Source: Salinivirgaceae bacterium (GTDB lineage: Bacteria > Bacteroidota > Bacteroidia > Bacteroidales > SZUA-534). Taken from it: a stretch of DNA of 64,000 nucleotides. The stretch is taken from NCBI GenBank assembly GCA_024405635.1, contig JAKSOL010000001.1, positions 160,001 to 224,000 on the forward strand, read 5' to 3'. Shown here piece after piece: positions 25,378 to 35,467 of the stretch. The notes below the pieces were generated by a model. The model had not been told where the DNA came from. It did no database searches and saw only the letters and a list, made by a program, of their open reading frames with translations. Position 1 is the first letter of the stretch, and the number at the start of each line of letters is the position of its first letter. The position numbers and the translations under genes were made by a program.

Positions 25378-27969
25378 CTACATAAGGTTTCGAGCATTAA
25401 TGTTTCGTTTAAGGTGGTTGTTGTCGTAGTCGAGGGTAATGTTGCCTGTGGTTTTGTACAATTTAATTGAGTTGAGCGTTGAAAATGCGTTTTCGTTTTT
25501 CAGTTTTCCGCCCGACATAATGTCAATTTGAACATTACCGCTACCAAACACAGTAACTTTAATTTTGGCATTGTTGCTTATGGTAATGTCGCCAATTTCA
25601 ATATCAGTTCCGCTGTATGTTCTAATAGCAGCAATACGGTTGTCGTTGCAAAGGAACTCGGCATTGCTAAGGTTTTTGAAAGTTTCTTGACCGGTGGTGC
25701 AATTAGAATTTACTAATGTTTCAAAGGCCGATTTGCCGCTTAACGAACCTTGGGTGTTGTGAATTTGGTTGGCCAATTTAAGAGCAGGCAAAATTTCGGG
25801 CGCAGTGTAATCGTCGCTTGCACGGTTTGCGGCAAAAGCGCTACGTTGAGCTTCATAGCTTTTTGTTTCGATGCGCAATCCTGCCGAGGCGAGCAACGAT
25901 GCTGATAGGAATGCGGTTCCGTTTTCGTCAACCATAATGCCGTAGTTGTCGTTGTCTTCGGTTTCGGTGTAAGATCGAGTCCAAAGTTTTTTGCCGCGAT
26001 TGTCAAAACTTGCCACAAAAGCGCTACCCATGCTATCAATTTGAGCAATGTCGGCTTTGTTTATCCATTGAATTTGACCAACAGTTGAGCATTTGGCAAG
26101 AAAAATGTCGCCCTTGGCTCCGGCTTTAAGAACTTTTCCGTTTACTGCAATATCGCTGTTGAAAGCTCCAGAGAAATAGAAACTGTCGTCGGTGCCCATT
26201 ACAATATTGTAGGCAATGTCGTCGCCGTTACCACCAACTTTAAGCACAAATTCAATGTTAAAGTCAGCGCCAAATTTTGCAATAAAGACATCGCTGCTGT
26301 TTTGGTTCGATTTAAGTTTCCAACCAAAAAAGTTTACGTCGCCGTTAAAATAGCCGCAAATGTATGCGTTGCCTTTTTTGTCGAAGGTAATGTTGTTGTT
26401 GTTTGAACCTTGGTACAAACCATATTTGTTTGCAATGCGCCATAGGGTTTCGCTGCGTTTTGCAAGGCATTGGCGCGATTGTGTTTTAACCACAACGGCG
26501 CTCACGTTGGCATACTCGGGCATTGCGCAACCTACAGGAGCGTTAATGTAAGTTGGGTCGCATATTGTGTATTGTTCGCCGTTTATTAATATGTGATCGC
26601 CTGGCACTTGTTTGCTGAATTTTACAGCAGTTGCCATGTGTCCGGGGTAGTTAAGTCCCACAGTTTCAAGCCCAAGTAGTTGTTTTACCAAGTACGAGAA
26701 TAGTACCGAGCGGTCTTCGCAGTCTGAATAGTCGTAGTGAAAAAGTTCGTCGGCGAAGAAGAATTTTTCGTAACCAAATTGGTCGTCGTCGGTTTTGTAT
26801 TTAAACGCGGTTTGAACAAAGTGAAGTAGCAAGTTTGCAGCATCAACTTCGTCAAGATCTTTAATTGCCGAATGCAAAGCGTTGTAAAGCGATATTTGTG
26901 TGCAAGGGCTTATGGCGGCATCAAAGTAAACCTCAATGTTGCCTAATGGATATTGTTTGTAAAAGTCTATTAGGTTTTGGTTGTACTTTACATCAAACTC
27001 CATTTTTTCACCATCGTACTCAAAACTTACTTTTTTCGAAACCTCTTTTTCGCTTATGTTCATTGCTTTGTAAATGTTGAGGTCGAACAAAGTGTGAGCT
27101 TCGGTAAAATCTTTGTCGTAGGTATAAAGTTCGCTATCGTTACTATCAAATAGGTAGTAGCGAGTGTTGTTAAAGGTAAAGAATGGTTTCCCGTAAATGT
27201 TGTTTTTTGATGCCAACAAAAGGTGTAGCGCTTCGTCTTTATAAGCCACACGACAACGGTAGCCCGATTTGGTTAGCAAGAACCAAGTGAGCAATGTGCT
27301 GTTGTTTATTGATGCTGAAATTTGCTCGGCAGTGGCTTTGGTGAGCAAGTAATAGCCCCAGTCGTTAAGGTTTAGCTCGTTGCGAAGAGTGGTTAGTTGT
27401 TCAATTGTTGCTTGGTAATTGGTTCCACAAAGGCGAGTCCACTCGTTGCCAATGTTTTGTTCGTTAATTTTTGAAACTTTTGGCTCAATTTGTGAATCGA
27501 AGAACACACTAATGTTTGTGCCAAAAAACGACAATTCGGCTTGCTTGTTGGCGGCGGTATTGTTGGTTCGGCTGCTAGGGATAAGATGCGGCATTGAACC
27601 ACTTGATTCAATGGTTCTAACCTCGCGAATTTGCAGTTTTTGGGGTTCTTTTTTTTCGGTGTAGGTTGGAGTTTCCTTAGGTTTAGGTTTGCTGGGATTG
27701 TAACTCTCAACAAACGATTGGTAGCTTTTCCATTCGTCTTTCAAGAATTCGGCAAATTCATTTTCGGTTTGAGAAACAAAGGCATTGTATTCGGCTTGCA
27801 TTTGTTTAACCGATGTGTTGTGTTGTTGTGTGAATTGTTTTTGTTGGGCTTTTTCTTGTTTTATCCACTCGTCAAAGTCTTGCGCGTGGCTGTTGCAAAT
27901 GTTTGCTGCCAACATAACACCCAATGCTATTGTGTTTTTACAAATTCTATTCATTTCGATATAAGTCAA
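25378..27969 (-). CDS. Secreted protein with transglutaminase-like domain and SBBP-like beta-propeller repeats
   Basis: SDCEDRS / YPGHMATAV / CDPTY putative Cys-His-Asp triad; D..GN.YI.GYF, DVFIAKF and DIFLAK repeats; signal peptide ending SHAQ (start may be a few codons later). Confidence 0.65.
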   Translation of the reverse strand: MTYIEMNRICKNTIALGVMLAANICNSHAQDFDEWIKQEKAQQKQFTQQHNTSVKQMQAEYNAFVSQTENEFAEFLKDEWKSYQSFVESYNPSKPKPKETPTYTEKKEPQKLQIREVRTIESSGSMPHLIPSSRTNNTAANKQAELSFFGTNISVFFDSQIEPKVSKINEQNIGNEWTRLCGTNYQATIEQLTTLRNELNLNDWGYYLLTKATAEQISASINNSTLLTWFLLTKSGYRCRVAYKDEALHLLLASKNNIYGKPFFTFNNTRYYLFDSNDSELYTYDKDFTEAHTLFDLNIYKAMNISEKEVSKKVSFEYDGEKMEFDVKYNQNLIDFYKQYPLGNIEVYFDAAISPCTQISLYNALHSAIKDLDEVDAANLLLHFVQTAFKYKTDDDQFGYEKFFFADELFHYDYSDCEDRSVLFSYLVKQLLGLETVGLNYPGHMATAVKFSKQVPGDHILINGEQYTICDPTYINAPVGCAMPEYANVSAVVVKTQSRQCLAKRSETLWRIANKYGLYQGSNNNNITFDKKGNAYICGYFNGDVNFFGWKLKSNQNSSDVFIAKFGADFNIEFVLKVGGNGDDIAYNIVMGTDDSFYFSGAFNSDIAVNGKVLKAGAKGDIFLAKCSTVGQIQWINKADIAQIDSMGSAFVASFDNRGKKLWTRSYTETEDNDNYGIMVDENGTAFLSASLLASAGLRIETKSYEAQRSAFAANRASDDYTAPEILPALKLANQIHNTQGSLSGKSAFETLVNSNCTTGQETFKNLSNAEFLCNDNRIAAIRTYSGTDIEIGDITISNNAKIKVTVFGSGNVQIDIMSGGKLKNENAFSTLNSIKLYKTTGNITLDYDNNHLKRNINARNLM

Positions 27970-28058
27970 AATTTATGATTGATTCAACATTAGCATAGAC
28001 TGCTTTTTTATGCGTTTGGTTGCGCTTGGGTATAAATTTTTGTCTAAAAAAAAGATAA

Positions 28059-28087
28059 AGCTACTCAAGTGGGGGACTTAAGTAGCT
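28059..28087 (-). terminator. Possible intrinsic terminator of DUF4494 gene
   Basis: AGCTACT.AAGT..ACTT.AGTAGCT near-perfect inverted repeat. Confidence 0.5.
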
Positions 28088-28115
28088 AATTATCAGTATA
28101 GTTTTTTTTGTTTGA

Positions 28116-28580
28116 TTATTGGTTGTCGCTTGGTTGTTCGGCATCAAAGTTGTGCAAAATGCCAAAAATGTCAAGTATAGGCGATTCTTGTACTGAAGGT
28201 ATTTCAAAGTCGCTTATGGTGCCTTCAAAAGCTTTTTCAAGGTTTTCGTAAGCCTCTTTTACGTTGCTAGCTTGTACAAGCATGGTTGAGGCAGAACGGC
28301 GTTCAACGCCTTTTTCCTCGTCGAGCGAAACAAACACAGCTTTGCATTTGAACCAACGGTCGCCGCTCTCGTTAGGAATTATTTCGGCGTAACGCGCAGT
28401 TTTGATGCTCACTACACTAAACTCACCAAGCGAAGCATAACTCTCCAATTCTTTGGTAATGTTGGCTTCGGCTTCGGTGAACGACAGTGCATCTACCAAG
28501 TATTGTTCTGATGTTGTTTTTTGTGTGCCATCGGCGTTCACTTTCAAGTATTTAACCTTGCATTCGTACCATTTGCTCAT
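28116..28580 (-). CDS. DUF4494 family protein
   Basis: WYECKVKY, E.YLVDALSFTEAEA, DRWFKCK..F..LDE..G.E, LVQA. Confidence 0.92.
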   Translation of the reverse strand: MSKWYECKVKYLKVNADGTQKTTSEQYLVDALSFTEAEANITKELESYASLGEFSVVSIKTARYAEIIPNESGDRWFKCKAVFVSLDEEKGVERRSASTMLVQASNVKEAYENLEKAFEGTISDFEIPSVQESPILDIFGILHNFDAEQPSDNQ

Positions 28581-28731
28581 AATAAGTATGTGTTTAAAAT
28601 TTAATGCTACTAAGATACGCTGATTATTAAATTGTGTCGAAAAATGGCTTGCATTGGCTGTGAATAGTTTTCAACATTGTGAAGTAGGAGAGGGCTACTT
28701 TGCAGTAAATCGTAATTTAATAGCTAAAAAT

Positions 28732-28750
28732 AGCGTGACAAAGCGTGACA
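28732..28750 (+). repeat. Phased direct repeat (candidate operator)
   Basis: AGCGTGACA-A-AGCGTGACA, 10-bp period, upstream of the TACTTTTG -7 box at 28810-28817. Confidence 0.55.
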
Positions 28751-28843
28751 TTTTACCTAAAAAACAGAATGTTCACATTATATCCTTGTCTTTATTATTC
28801 TTACAAACGTACTTTTGCATCGTCACCAAAAAAACGTTGAGTT

Positions 28844-29704
28844 ATGAAAAACAAAACTGTACTTATAACAAATGTTGCTACAGGCTTATGTCTTGCTGCT
28901 ACGCTTATTTTAATCATTTGGAAATATCCAACACTTCCTACATCTATTCCAACTCATTTTAGTTTAGATGGAGTGCCAAACGGATTCAGTAGCCGTAACA
29001 TTGTTTTTGTGTTTTGGGGAGTCAGCATGTTTTTCTATTTGTTGATGCTTTTTGTACAAAAAAAGCCCAAACTGATAAATTTAAGTCATCCTACCGACAA
29101 AAATGGCAACCCTTTAATGCTAACCGAAAGCCAAAGACAACGTTTTGTGCTTTTGAACATTGTAGTTGTTACATTGGCCATTAGCATTTCAGTTATTTTG
29201 CTTTGCTACCTAACACTTGCATTTAGCCAAATATACACTGCCAAACCGATTATTGCAGGACTATTGGTATTTGCTGACGTTTGTGTAATTATTGTTGGAT
29301 GCTATAAAACCGCAAAATTCAAATGCGGCGAGGACGACTACATTAAACAAAAACTTGAATTGAGCCATTCGTTGTTTCTTGAGAAAGTTGACAACGAAAT
29401 ACTTGAGCAACTACGCGTATTAAATGGTTTGGAGTACTTATCGGAGAGCAAGCGATTGCGCATTATAAACGATGTGAGAAGCACGCACAGCGAAGTGGTA
29501 GATTACCTACGAAAAGCAGCCCCGTCAATAAGCGACGACGACATTACATATTGCCTATTGTGCAATGTTGGACTAAACAATAATAGCATATCGGCATGCA
29601 TGGCATCTTCGGAAGAAGCGCTCAGAAAACGCAAGAGCCGCATACGGAAAAAGCTACCAGAATCGTTGGCAATGTGCCTATTTGACGATTGTAAAGGCAT
29701 ATAA
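28844..29704 (+). CDS. DUF1648 membrane protein fused to a C-terminal LuxR-like HTH
   Basis: LP.SIPTHF..DG.PNG (DUF1648), four TM helices, then DDDITYC.L...GL.N..I..CM..SEEALRKRKSRIRKKL. Confidence 0.65.
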   Translation: MKNKTVLITNVATGLCLAATLILIIWKYPTLPTSIPTHFSLDGVPNGFSSRNIVFVFWGVSMFFYLLMLFVQKKPKLINLSHPTDKNGNPLMLTESQRQRFVLLNIVVVTLAISISVILLCYLTLAFSQIYTAKPIIAGLLVFADVCVIIVGCYKTAKFKCGEDDYIKQKLELSHSLFLEKVDNEILEQLRVLNGLEYLSESKRLRIINDVRSTHSEVVDYLRKAAPSISDDDITYCLLCNVGLNNNSISACMASSEEALRKRKSRIRKKLPESLAMCLFDDCKGI

Positions 29705-29761
29705 AAAAGGCGGGGAGGAGGCCTTTTGTTTCGAACTTAAGAGAGTGGTTATGTTGTTAAT

Positions 29762-30823
29762 TTAAATATTGTTGTTGACAATAGATTCAATAAGCTCGTC
29801 CCACTGCGAGAAAATGGTGTTGCGGTCAAATCGGTGGCTTTCTTTTACTGCTCCTGACGAAAGTTTCTCCCTTAATTCGTAGTCATTTATCAGTAAGTTC
29901 ATTTTTTCAGAAAGGTCAGCCACATTGCCATCTTCAACAAGAATACCGCTAACACCATCGGTTATAATCTCTTTTGGGCCTGTGTAGCAGTTAAAGGCAA
30001 TGCATGCGCATCCTTGACTCATAGCTTCAAGTAAACTATTTGGGAACCCTTCGTATCTCGACGAAAGTACATAGATGCTTTTCTGTTTAAGAACAGATGC
30101 AACATCAGTGGATGAACCAAGAAATTCAACACGTTTAGCAATGCCGAGTTTTTCAATTTGACTTTTGATAGGCGATTTGCAAATTCGTCCTAAAATTTCA
30201 AGTTTCCAATCGGGATGATGGCTTTCTATTTTTGCCCAAGCATTTATTAAAAGATCAAACCCTTTTTGGTGCCATTTATGTTGTGACCCTATTGCAATAA
30301 TAGTTTTGCTCCTTTGTTTATAATCGTTAAATGAATCAAAGTTTTTGGGGTTATATATATATGTCTTGTTTTTGATTTTTGATTTACTGCATTCTTCTTG
30401 CGATACATAAACAACCTTGTCGGCAAATGGGTACAGCAATTTTCTGCAAATCACCTTCTTAAACGTTTTGTTGTGTTGTGTTGAATTGCGTTCAGATACT
30501 ATAATTTTCTTTCTTGTTAAAAGGTTGGTAATGATGGTGTCGCCATTCATTTCTACAAGGAACGACAATATTATGTCAGGATTTACCTCTTTTATTGTCC
30601 TATATATGTTCCTGTATTTTAGTATTCTATGCGCGCCTTTTATTTTACATTTTACAATGTTATCTATAACCTTTACTCTTGAGTCAATGGGGTAGGATTC
30701 GTCTTTTTGCGTCAATATAGCAACGTATGTATCATGCTTTTCGCAGAAATGGTTAAGAAGAATTGATGCAACACGTTCTGCTCCTCCGCCACCTAGACTA
30801 TGTATGAAAAATAGAATCTTCAT
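29762..30823 (-). CDS. GT4 glycosyltransferase (AmsD/PglJ-like)
   Basis: SLGGGGAERV, QKGFDLLI, SSRYEGFPNSLLEAM. Confidence 0.92.
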   Translation of the reverse strand: MKILFFIHSLGGGGAERVASILLNHFCEKHDTYVAILTQKDESYPIDSRVKVIDNIVKCKIKGAHRILKYRNIYRTIKEVNPDIILSFLVEMNGDTIITNLLTRKKIIVSERNSTQHNKTFKKVICRKLLYPFADKVVYVSQEECSKSKIKNKTYIYNPKNFDSFNDYKQRSKTIIAIGSQHKWHQKGFDLLINAWAKIESHHPDWKLEILGRICKSPIKSQIEKLGIAKRVEFLGSSTDVASVLKQKSIYVLSSRYEGFPNSLLEAMSQGCACIAFNCYTGPKEIITDGVSGILVEDGNVADLSEKMNLLINDYELREKLSSGAVKESHRFDRNTIFSQWDELIESIVNNNI

Positions 30824-31080
30824 TTCCTACGTTTCTTTTTCCGCAAAACAAACAATAAATCTAATGTTCACGCAAAAAAAACTGCACATGTGTCCGTTTG
30901 TGGGCAATGGTTATTTATGCTTTGTTGTAAATTTCTCATAAACACACTTGTTTCTTGAAAATATGCTTTTATCAAAAAAAAGCAGATTTCTATTTGTTAT
31001 AGATTTATATTCACATTATGAAATGTGAGCAATTATTTTCGCATAAAACAAAGTAGAAGAAACAATAAAAATACAACATT

Positions 31081-34000
31081 ATGAAGAGACTATCATTTTT
31101 AGCAATCGCATGCTTTTTTGCAGTTTCATCTGCATTTGCAGCGTGGGACGGGTCAACTCAAACTGCATGGACAGTCGGTTCAGGTACAGAGGAAGATCCA
31201 TATCTGATTGAATCAGAAGAAAACCTAGCATCACTTGCAGCACAAGTAAATGCAGGACAAAGCTTCAGTGGCAAATACTTTAAACAAACAGCAGACCTTG
31301 ATTTGGGATGCGTTTTTGACGAAGCCGGAATAGTGGATACAGAAGCAAGTGAAAATTTTAGTTGGACTCCAATTGGAAACAAATCTGCATGTTTCTCTGG
31401 TATTTATGATGGCAATGGCTTTGTAATAAGCAACTTGTATTATAACAATATTGAGCAAGAGTATTGCGGATTGTTTGGAGGCATTAATAATGCTAAACTG
31501 AAGAATATAACATTGGTATCTGGTTTTGTGTTTGGATATCAATATGCAGGTGGTATTTGTGGTTATGCTAAAGGTTCGTCACTTGTAGATTGTTGCGCAA
31601 ACAATGCAACAGTTTACGGAAAAATGGAACGTAATGGTGGTGTTGTTGGATATATTGAAGGTACAACTCAAGTAAACAATTGCATTAACTATGGTTTTGT
31701 ATCAGCTTTTAACTTTTCAGGCGGTGTTGTTGGCTTCTGCAACAAAGCAACAACAACCGTAGCAAACTGTGTTAATGTTGGCCAAGTGTTTAGCATGCGA
31801 TGCACAGCTGGTAGCTTATATGGATATAACAAAGATTTTGGAGGCTCAGCAAGTAACAACTACTACGACAAACAAGTAAATCATTCAGAAGGTTGGACTT
31901 CGGTAACAAACATTATTGAGAAAAATGTTGATGTTGTTGGAAAAGTCGAGGGCAAATCAACAGCAGAAATGCTTGGCGATGGTTTGAAAGACGCTCTTGG
32001 CGACACCTATTGGGAATATTCTGATGGTCTTTATCCTCGTTTAAAATTGAGCAAAGACAACGATGCTATTGTTTTGGCAGCAACTCCAGTTGTACTAGAA
32101 CAAGGCGAAGATGTTGATAACGTTAAAACTAATTTTTCAGTCAACACAAGTAACGATGTTGTTTGGGCTAACACAACTGAAAATATAGTTTCAGTATCAG
32201 GCAATAATGTTACAATTAATGGTAATGGTCCTGTTCAATTGATAGCAAAGAAGGGCAACTACACAAAAACATTTGCATTACGTACAAATGCCGAAGAAAC
32301 ATATCCAACACTTAGTGTTGATAATATTAAAGATATGAAGGATTTAATCTTTGCAATGGCATACAGCACAAGTTATAAAGGTTATGCCAATTACAATGGT
32401 TTCAAGGGCGTTAATTTTGTTCTTAATGACGATCTCTCATTTATGGGTTCTTATGATGAGGAGACAGATACTTGGAGTGGCTCTATATTGGGTTATATGG
32501 GCGTTCACAACTCATTTAAAGGTAATTTTGACGGACAAAATCACAATATAGAGAATGTATATGTTGACATGCCAGCAGCAATCAATGGAGGTTTGTTTGG
32601 TTGTGTATCGTATGGTACAATATCGAACCTTAATATTACTAGCGGATATGTTACAACCGGCAAACAACATGCAGGAGGTTTGGCAGGTGCTTCATTCCTT
32701 GAGAATTTCATCAACTGTTCAGTTAATTGTACTGTAACTGCAGGCTCTGCTCAATATGCAGCAGGTATTGTTAGTTACGATAAAGGTTTTTCAACTTTTA
32801 CTAATTGTAAAAACTATGGTAATGTTACTTCTTCGCAATATAGTGGTGGATTTGTTGCAAAAAGCGATTTAGCAACAACTGTTGAAGGTTGTGAAAACTG
32901 GGGCGATATTTACGTTGGTGCAAGTGGTAAAGCTGGAGGCTTTTGTGGAACTAGCAACATTTCAATGACAATTAGCAACTCTCGCAACTATGGCGCAATA
33001 GAAGGTTCATCTCTTGTAGGAGGCTTTATTGGTCAAAGTTTAGCAAATGGTGCCATTATTTCAAACAGCGAAAACCATGGCGCTATTACCGGAACATCAA
33101 GTATTGTGGCAGGCTTTATTGGTCAATCGACAAAAGGTCACATTACTAATTGTATAAACAATGCAAAAGTGACTGGTACGACTTCCATAGGTGGCATTTG
33201 TGGTGAGTCAACAACTGATACTATTCAATTTTGTATTAACAACGATACCATTATGTCATCTTCAAGTGTAGTTGGCGGTATTGCAGGTGTAATTAAAACA
33301 CAATCTTTGATTAATGGCTGCCTTAATAGTAGCTATGTTAAAGGAGCAAGCAACATTGGTGGTATTTGTGGTCAAACTACCGAATCAGTAGTTAAAAACT
33401 GTTTTAACTCTGGATTGGTTAACGCAAATACTAACATAGGCGGAGGTATTGTAGGTTCAAATGGTACACAATCGGAATGTGAATCTTCAATTAACATTGG
33501 ACTAGCAATATCAGGCGGGGCAAACAAAGGTGCCATAGTTGGTAGCAATAGCGGTTCAGTTAACTACTGCTACTCTGACAAGCAAATAAGCACAAATACC
33601 AAAATATGTGAAGGAACTGCTGCTACCAATTCAGAGCTTGCATTTACAAAAGACATCATCTCCGATAATTTGAAAGATGTGCTAGGTGAAGATAATTGGT
33701 CATACGCGAATAGACTATATCCTTGTCCTAAAGGACTTGAAAACAATGAAATTGCACAAGTTGCTACAGCATCAATCTGCTTGTTTGTTGACGAGAATGA
33801 TGAAAATCTATACGACGAATTGGCTAATGTGAGCAACAAGTTCTCTATTGGATTTGCTAATGGTGTGAAATGGAAAAGTTCATCAAACATAATTGGTATT
33901 GTAAATTATGATGCTTACGTTTCGCAAAAAGACAAAGAAAACACCGTTACACTTACAGCCACCAAAGGAACCATTTCAAAAAGCCTTACACTGACCATTC

Positions 34001-35388
34001 CTGCTTCAGTAGGTTTGTTAAGTCCTAATTTGAATTGGGACGGAATCGCAGACTTTGTTTATGGTACTGCCATTGACGCAAGTATGCTAAATGCTACTGT
34101 TGACGAAGGTGTTGATGGAGAATTTGTGTATTCTGTCGAAGAAAATGATGTTCTACCTGCTGGTTCACAAGAAGTTACCGTTACTTTTGCTCCAACCACT
34201 CCAGGATATGCTCGTGAAAACAAAACAATTACAGTAAATGTAGCTAAGGCACAACCTGTAATCACTTGGAATAAACCTTCTGACATTATCTATGGAACAC
34301 GCATTAGTTTAGAGCAACAAAACGCAGTTTGTAATGTCGATGGTGAATTTATCTACACCAACACTGGTGCAGTATTGGATGCAGGAACCCACAAATTGTA
34401 TGTAACATTCAATCCTTCTAGCAACAACTACACTTCTGTAAAAGACTCGGTAGAATTGACCATTAAGAAAGCTACACCTACTATTGTGTGGGCTAATCCG
34501 TCGGATATAACTTACGGAGAAGCTATCTCGTCGCAATTAAATGCCATTTCAACAACAGAAGGTGAGATTACATACTCTGTTAATGTTGGTGATGTGCTTT
34601 CAGCTGGCGACAACACAATCACAGCTACACTTACACCAACTTCAGGCAACTACGAAACAACAAGCGCAACAGTAGTTCTACATGTGCGCAAGGCAGCCTC
34701 GGCAATCACTTGGGCACCTGAAAAAACAACATTTACTTATGGCGAAAGCATAGAGTCGTTGTTTAATGCCTCTGCCGATGCTGAAGGCTCAATAGTTTAC
34801 TCGGTTGATAAAACTGCCACTCCAAACGCTGGAAGTCTTGAGGTTACTGCCACATTTACTCCTACATCGGGCAATTACGAATCGGCAACCAAGGGCGTAA
34901 ATGTTAATATTGAAAAAGCTAAGTTATCGGTATCTGTAGCAGACGTAAAAATTAAACAAGGTGAGAATTTGCCTAGCTTTAATGTTGAATACAATGGATT
35001 TGTGAACAACGACAACGCAGCAAGTCTAAAATCGGAACCAACAGCAACTTGTTCAACCGACGGAAAAACTGCTGGTACATTTGATATTGTAGTAGCAGGT
35101 GGCGAATCTTCAAACTATGACTTTGTTTACCAAAATGGCAAACTAACAGTTGAGAAAACAGATGCAATTGCTGAGACTGAATCAACTATCAACATCTATC
35201 CAAATCCAACAACCGATGTTATAGTAATTGAGAGCGATGCAAACGAAGCTCAAATATTTAATCTCAATGGCGATTTGGTTAAGGTTTGCCCATTGTCGGG
35301 CACAACTCATGTTGATGTAAACGACCTTGCTGAAGGAACTTACATTGTAGTTGTAGGCAATAAAGCAACTCGAATTGTAAAGAAATAG
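31081..35388 (+). CDS. Large T9SS-secreted surface protein with GLUG-type repeats, Ig-like/MBG repeats and type A CTD
   Basis: Signal peptide; GSGT..DPYLI, WTPIG..F.G.YDG.G, many GG..G / NC.N.G repeats; P.ITW..P..I.YG repeats; P.F.V.Y.GFVN.D (MBG); IYPNPT..G.YIV...K..RIVKK CTD. Confidence 0.85.
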   Translation: MKRLSFLAIACFFAVSSAFAAWDGSTQTAWTVGSGTEEDPYLIESEENLASLAAQVNAGQSFSGKYFKQTADLDLGCVFDEAGIVDTEASENFSWTPIGNKSACFSGIYDGNGFVISNLYYNNIEQEYCGLFGGINNAKLKNITLVSGFVFGYQYAGGICGYAKGSSLVDCCANNATVYGKMERNGGVVGYIEGTTQVNNCINYGFVSAFNFSGGVVGFCNKATTTVANCVNVGQVFSMRCTAGSLYGYNKDFGGSASNNYYDKQVNHSEGWTSVTNIIEKNVDVVGKVEGKSTAEMLGDGLKDALGDTYWEYSDGLYPRLKLSKDNDAIVLAATPVVLEQGEDVDNVKTNFSVNTSNDVVWANTTENIVSVSGNNVTINGNGPVQLIAKKGNYTKTFALRTNAEETYPTLSVDNIKDMKDLIFAMAYSTSYKGYANYNGFKGVNFVLNDDLSFMGSYDEETDTWSGSILGYMGVHNSFKGNFDGQNHNIENVYVDMPAAINGGLFGCVSYGTISNLNITSGYVTTGKQHAGGLAGASFLENFINCSVNCTVTAGSAQYAAGIVSYDKGFSTFTNCKNYGNVTSSQYSGGFVAKSDLATTVEGCENWGDIYVGASGKAGGFCGTSNISMTISNSRNYGAIEGSSLVGGFIGQSLANGAIISNSENHGAITGTSSIVAGFIGQSTKGHITNCINNAKVTGTTSIGGICGESTTDTIQFCINNDTIMSSSSVVGGIAGVIKTQSLINGCLNSSYVKGASNIGGICGQTTESVVKNCFNSGLVNANTNIGGGIVGSNGTQSECESSINIGLAISGGANKGAIVGSNSGSVNYCYSDKQISTNTKICEGTAATNSELAFTKDIISDNLKDVLGEDNWSYANRLYPCPKGLENNEIAQVATASICLFVDENDENLYDELANVSNKFSIGFANGVKWKSSSNIIGIVNYDAYVSQKDKENTVTLTATKGTISKSLTLTIPASVGLLSPNLNWDGIADFVYGTAIDASMLNATVDEGVDGEFVYSVEENDVLPAGSQEVTVTFAPTTPGYARENKTITVNVAKAQPVITWNKPSDIIYGTRISLEQQNAVCNVDGEFIYTNTGAVLDAGTHKLYVTFNPSSNNYTSVKDSVELTIKKATPTIVWANPSDITYGEAISSQLNAISTTEGEITYSVNVGDVLSAGDNTITATLTPTSGNYETTSATVVLHVRKAASAITWAPEKTTFTYGESIESLFNASADAEGSIVYSVDKTATPNAGSLEVTATFTPTSGNYESATKGVNVNIEKAKLSVSVADVKIKQGENLPSFNVEYNGFVNNDNAASLKSEPTATCSTDGKTAGTFDIVVAGGESSNYDFVYQNGKLTVEKTDAIAETESTINIYPNPTTDVIVIESDANEAQIFNLNGDLVKVCPLSGTTHVDVNDLAEGTYIVVVGNKATRIVKK

Positions 35389-35410
35389 TTAATTAATTTG
35401 AAAATTGTAG

Positions 35411-35448
35411 AAAAACGGTCAATGACAATGTTCATTGGCCGTTTTTTT
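35411..35448 (+). terminator. Intrinsic terminator
   Basis: AAAAACGGTCAATGA..TCATTGGCCGTTTTTTT. Confidence 0.7.
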
Positions 35449-35467
35449 AGGCAATTAATCCAAAACG

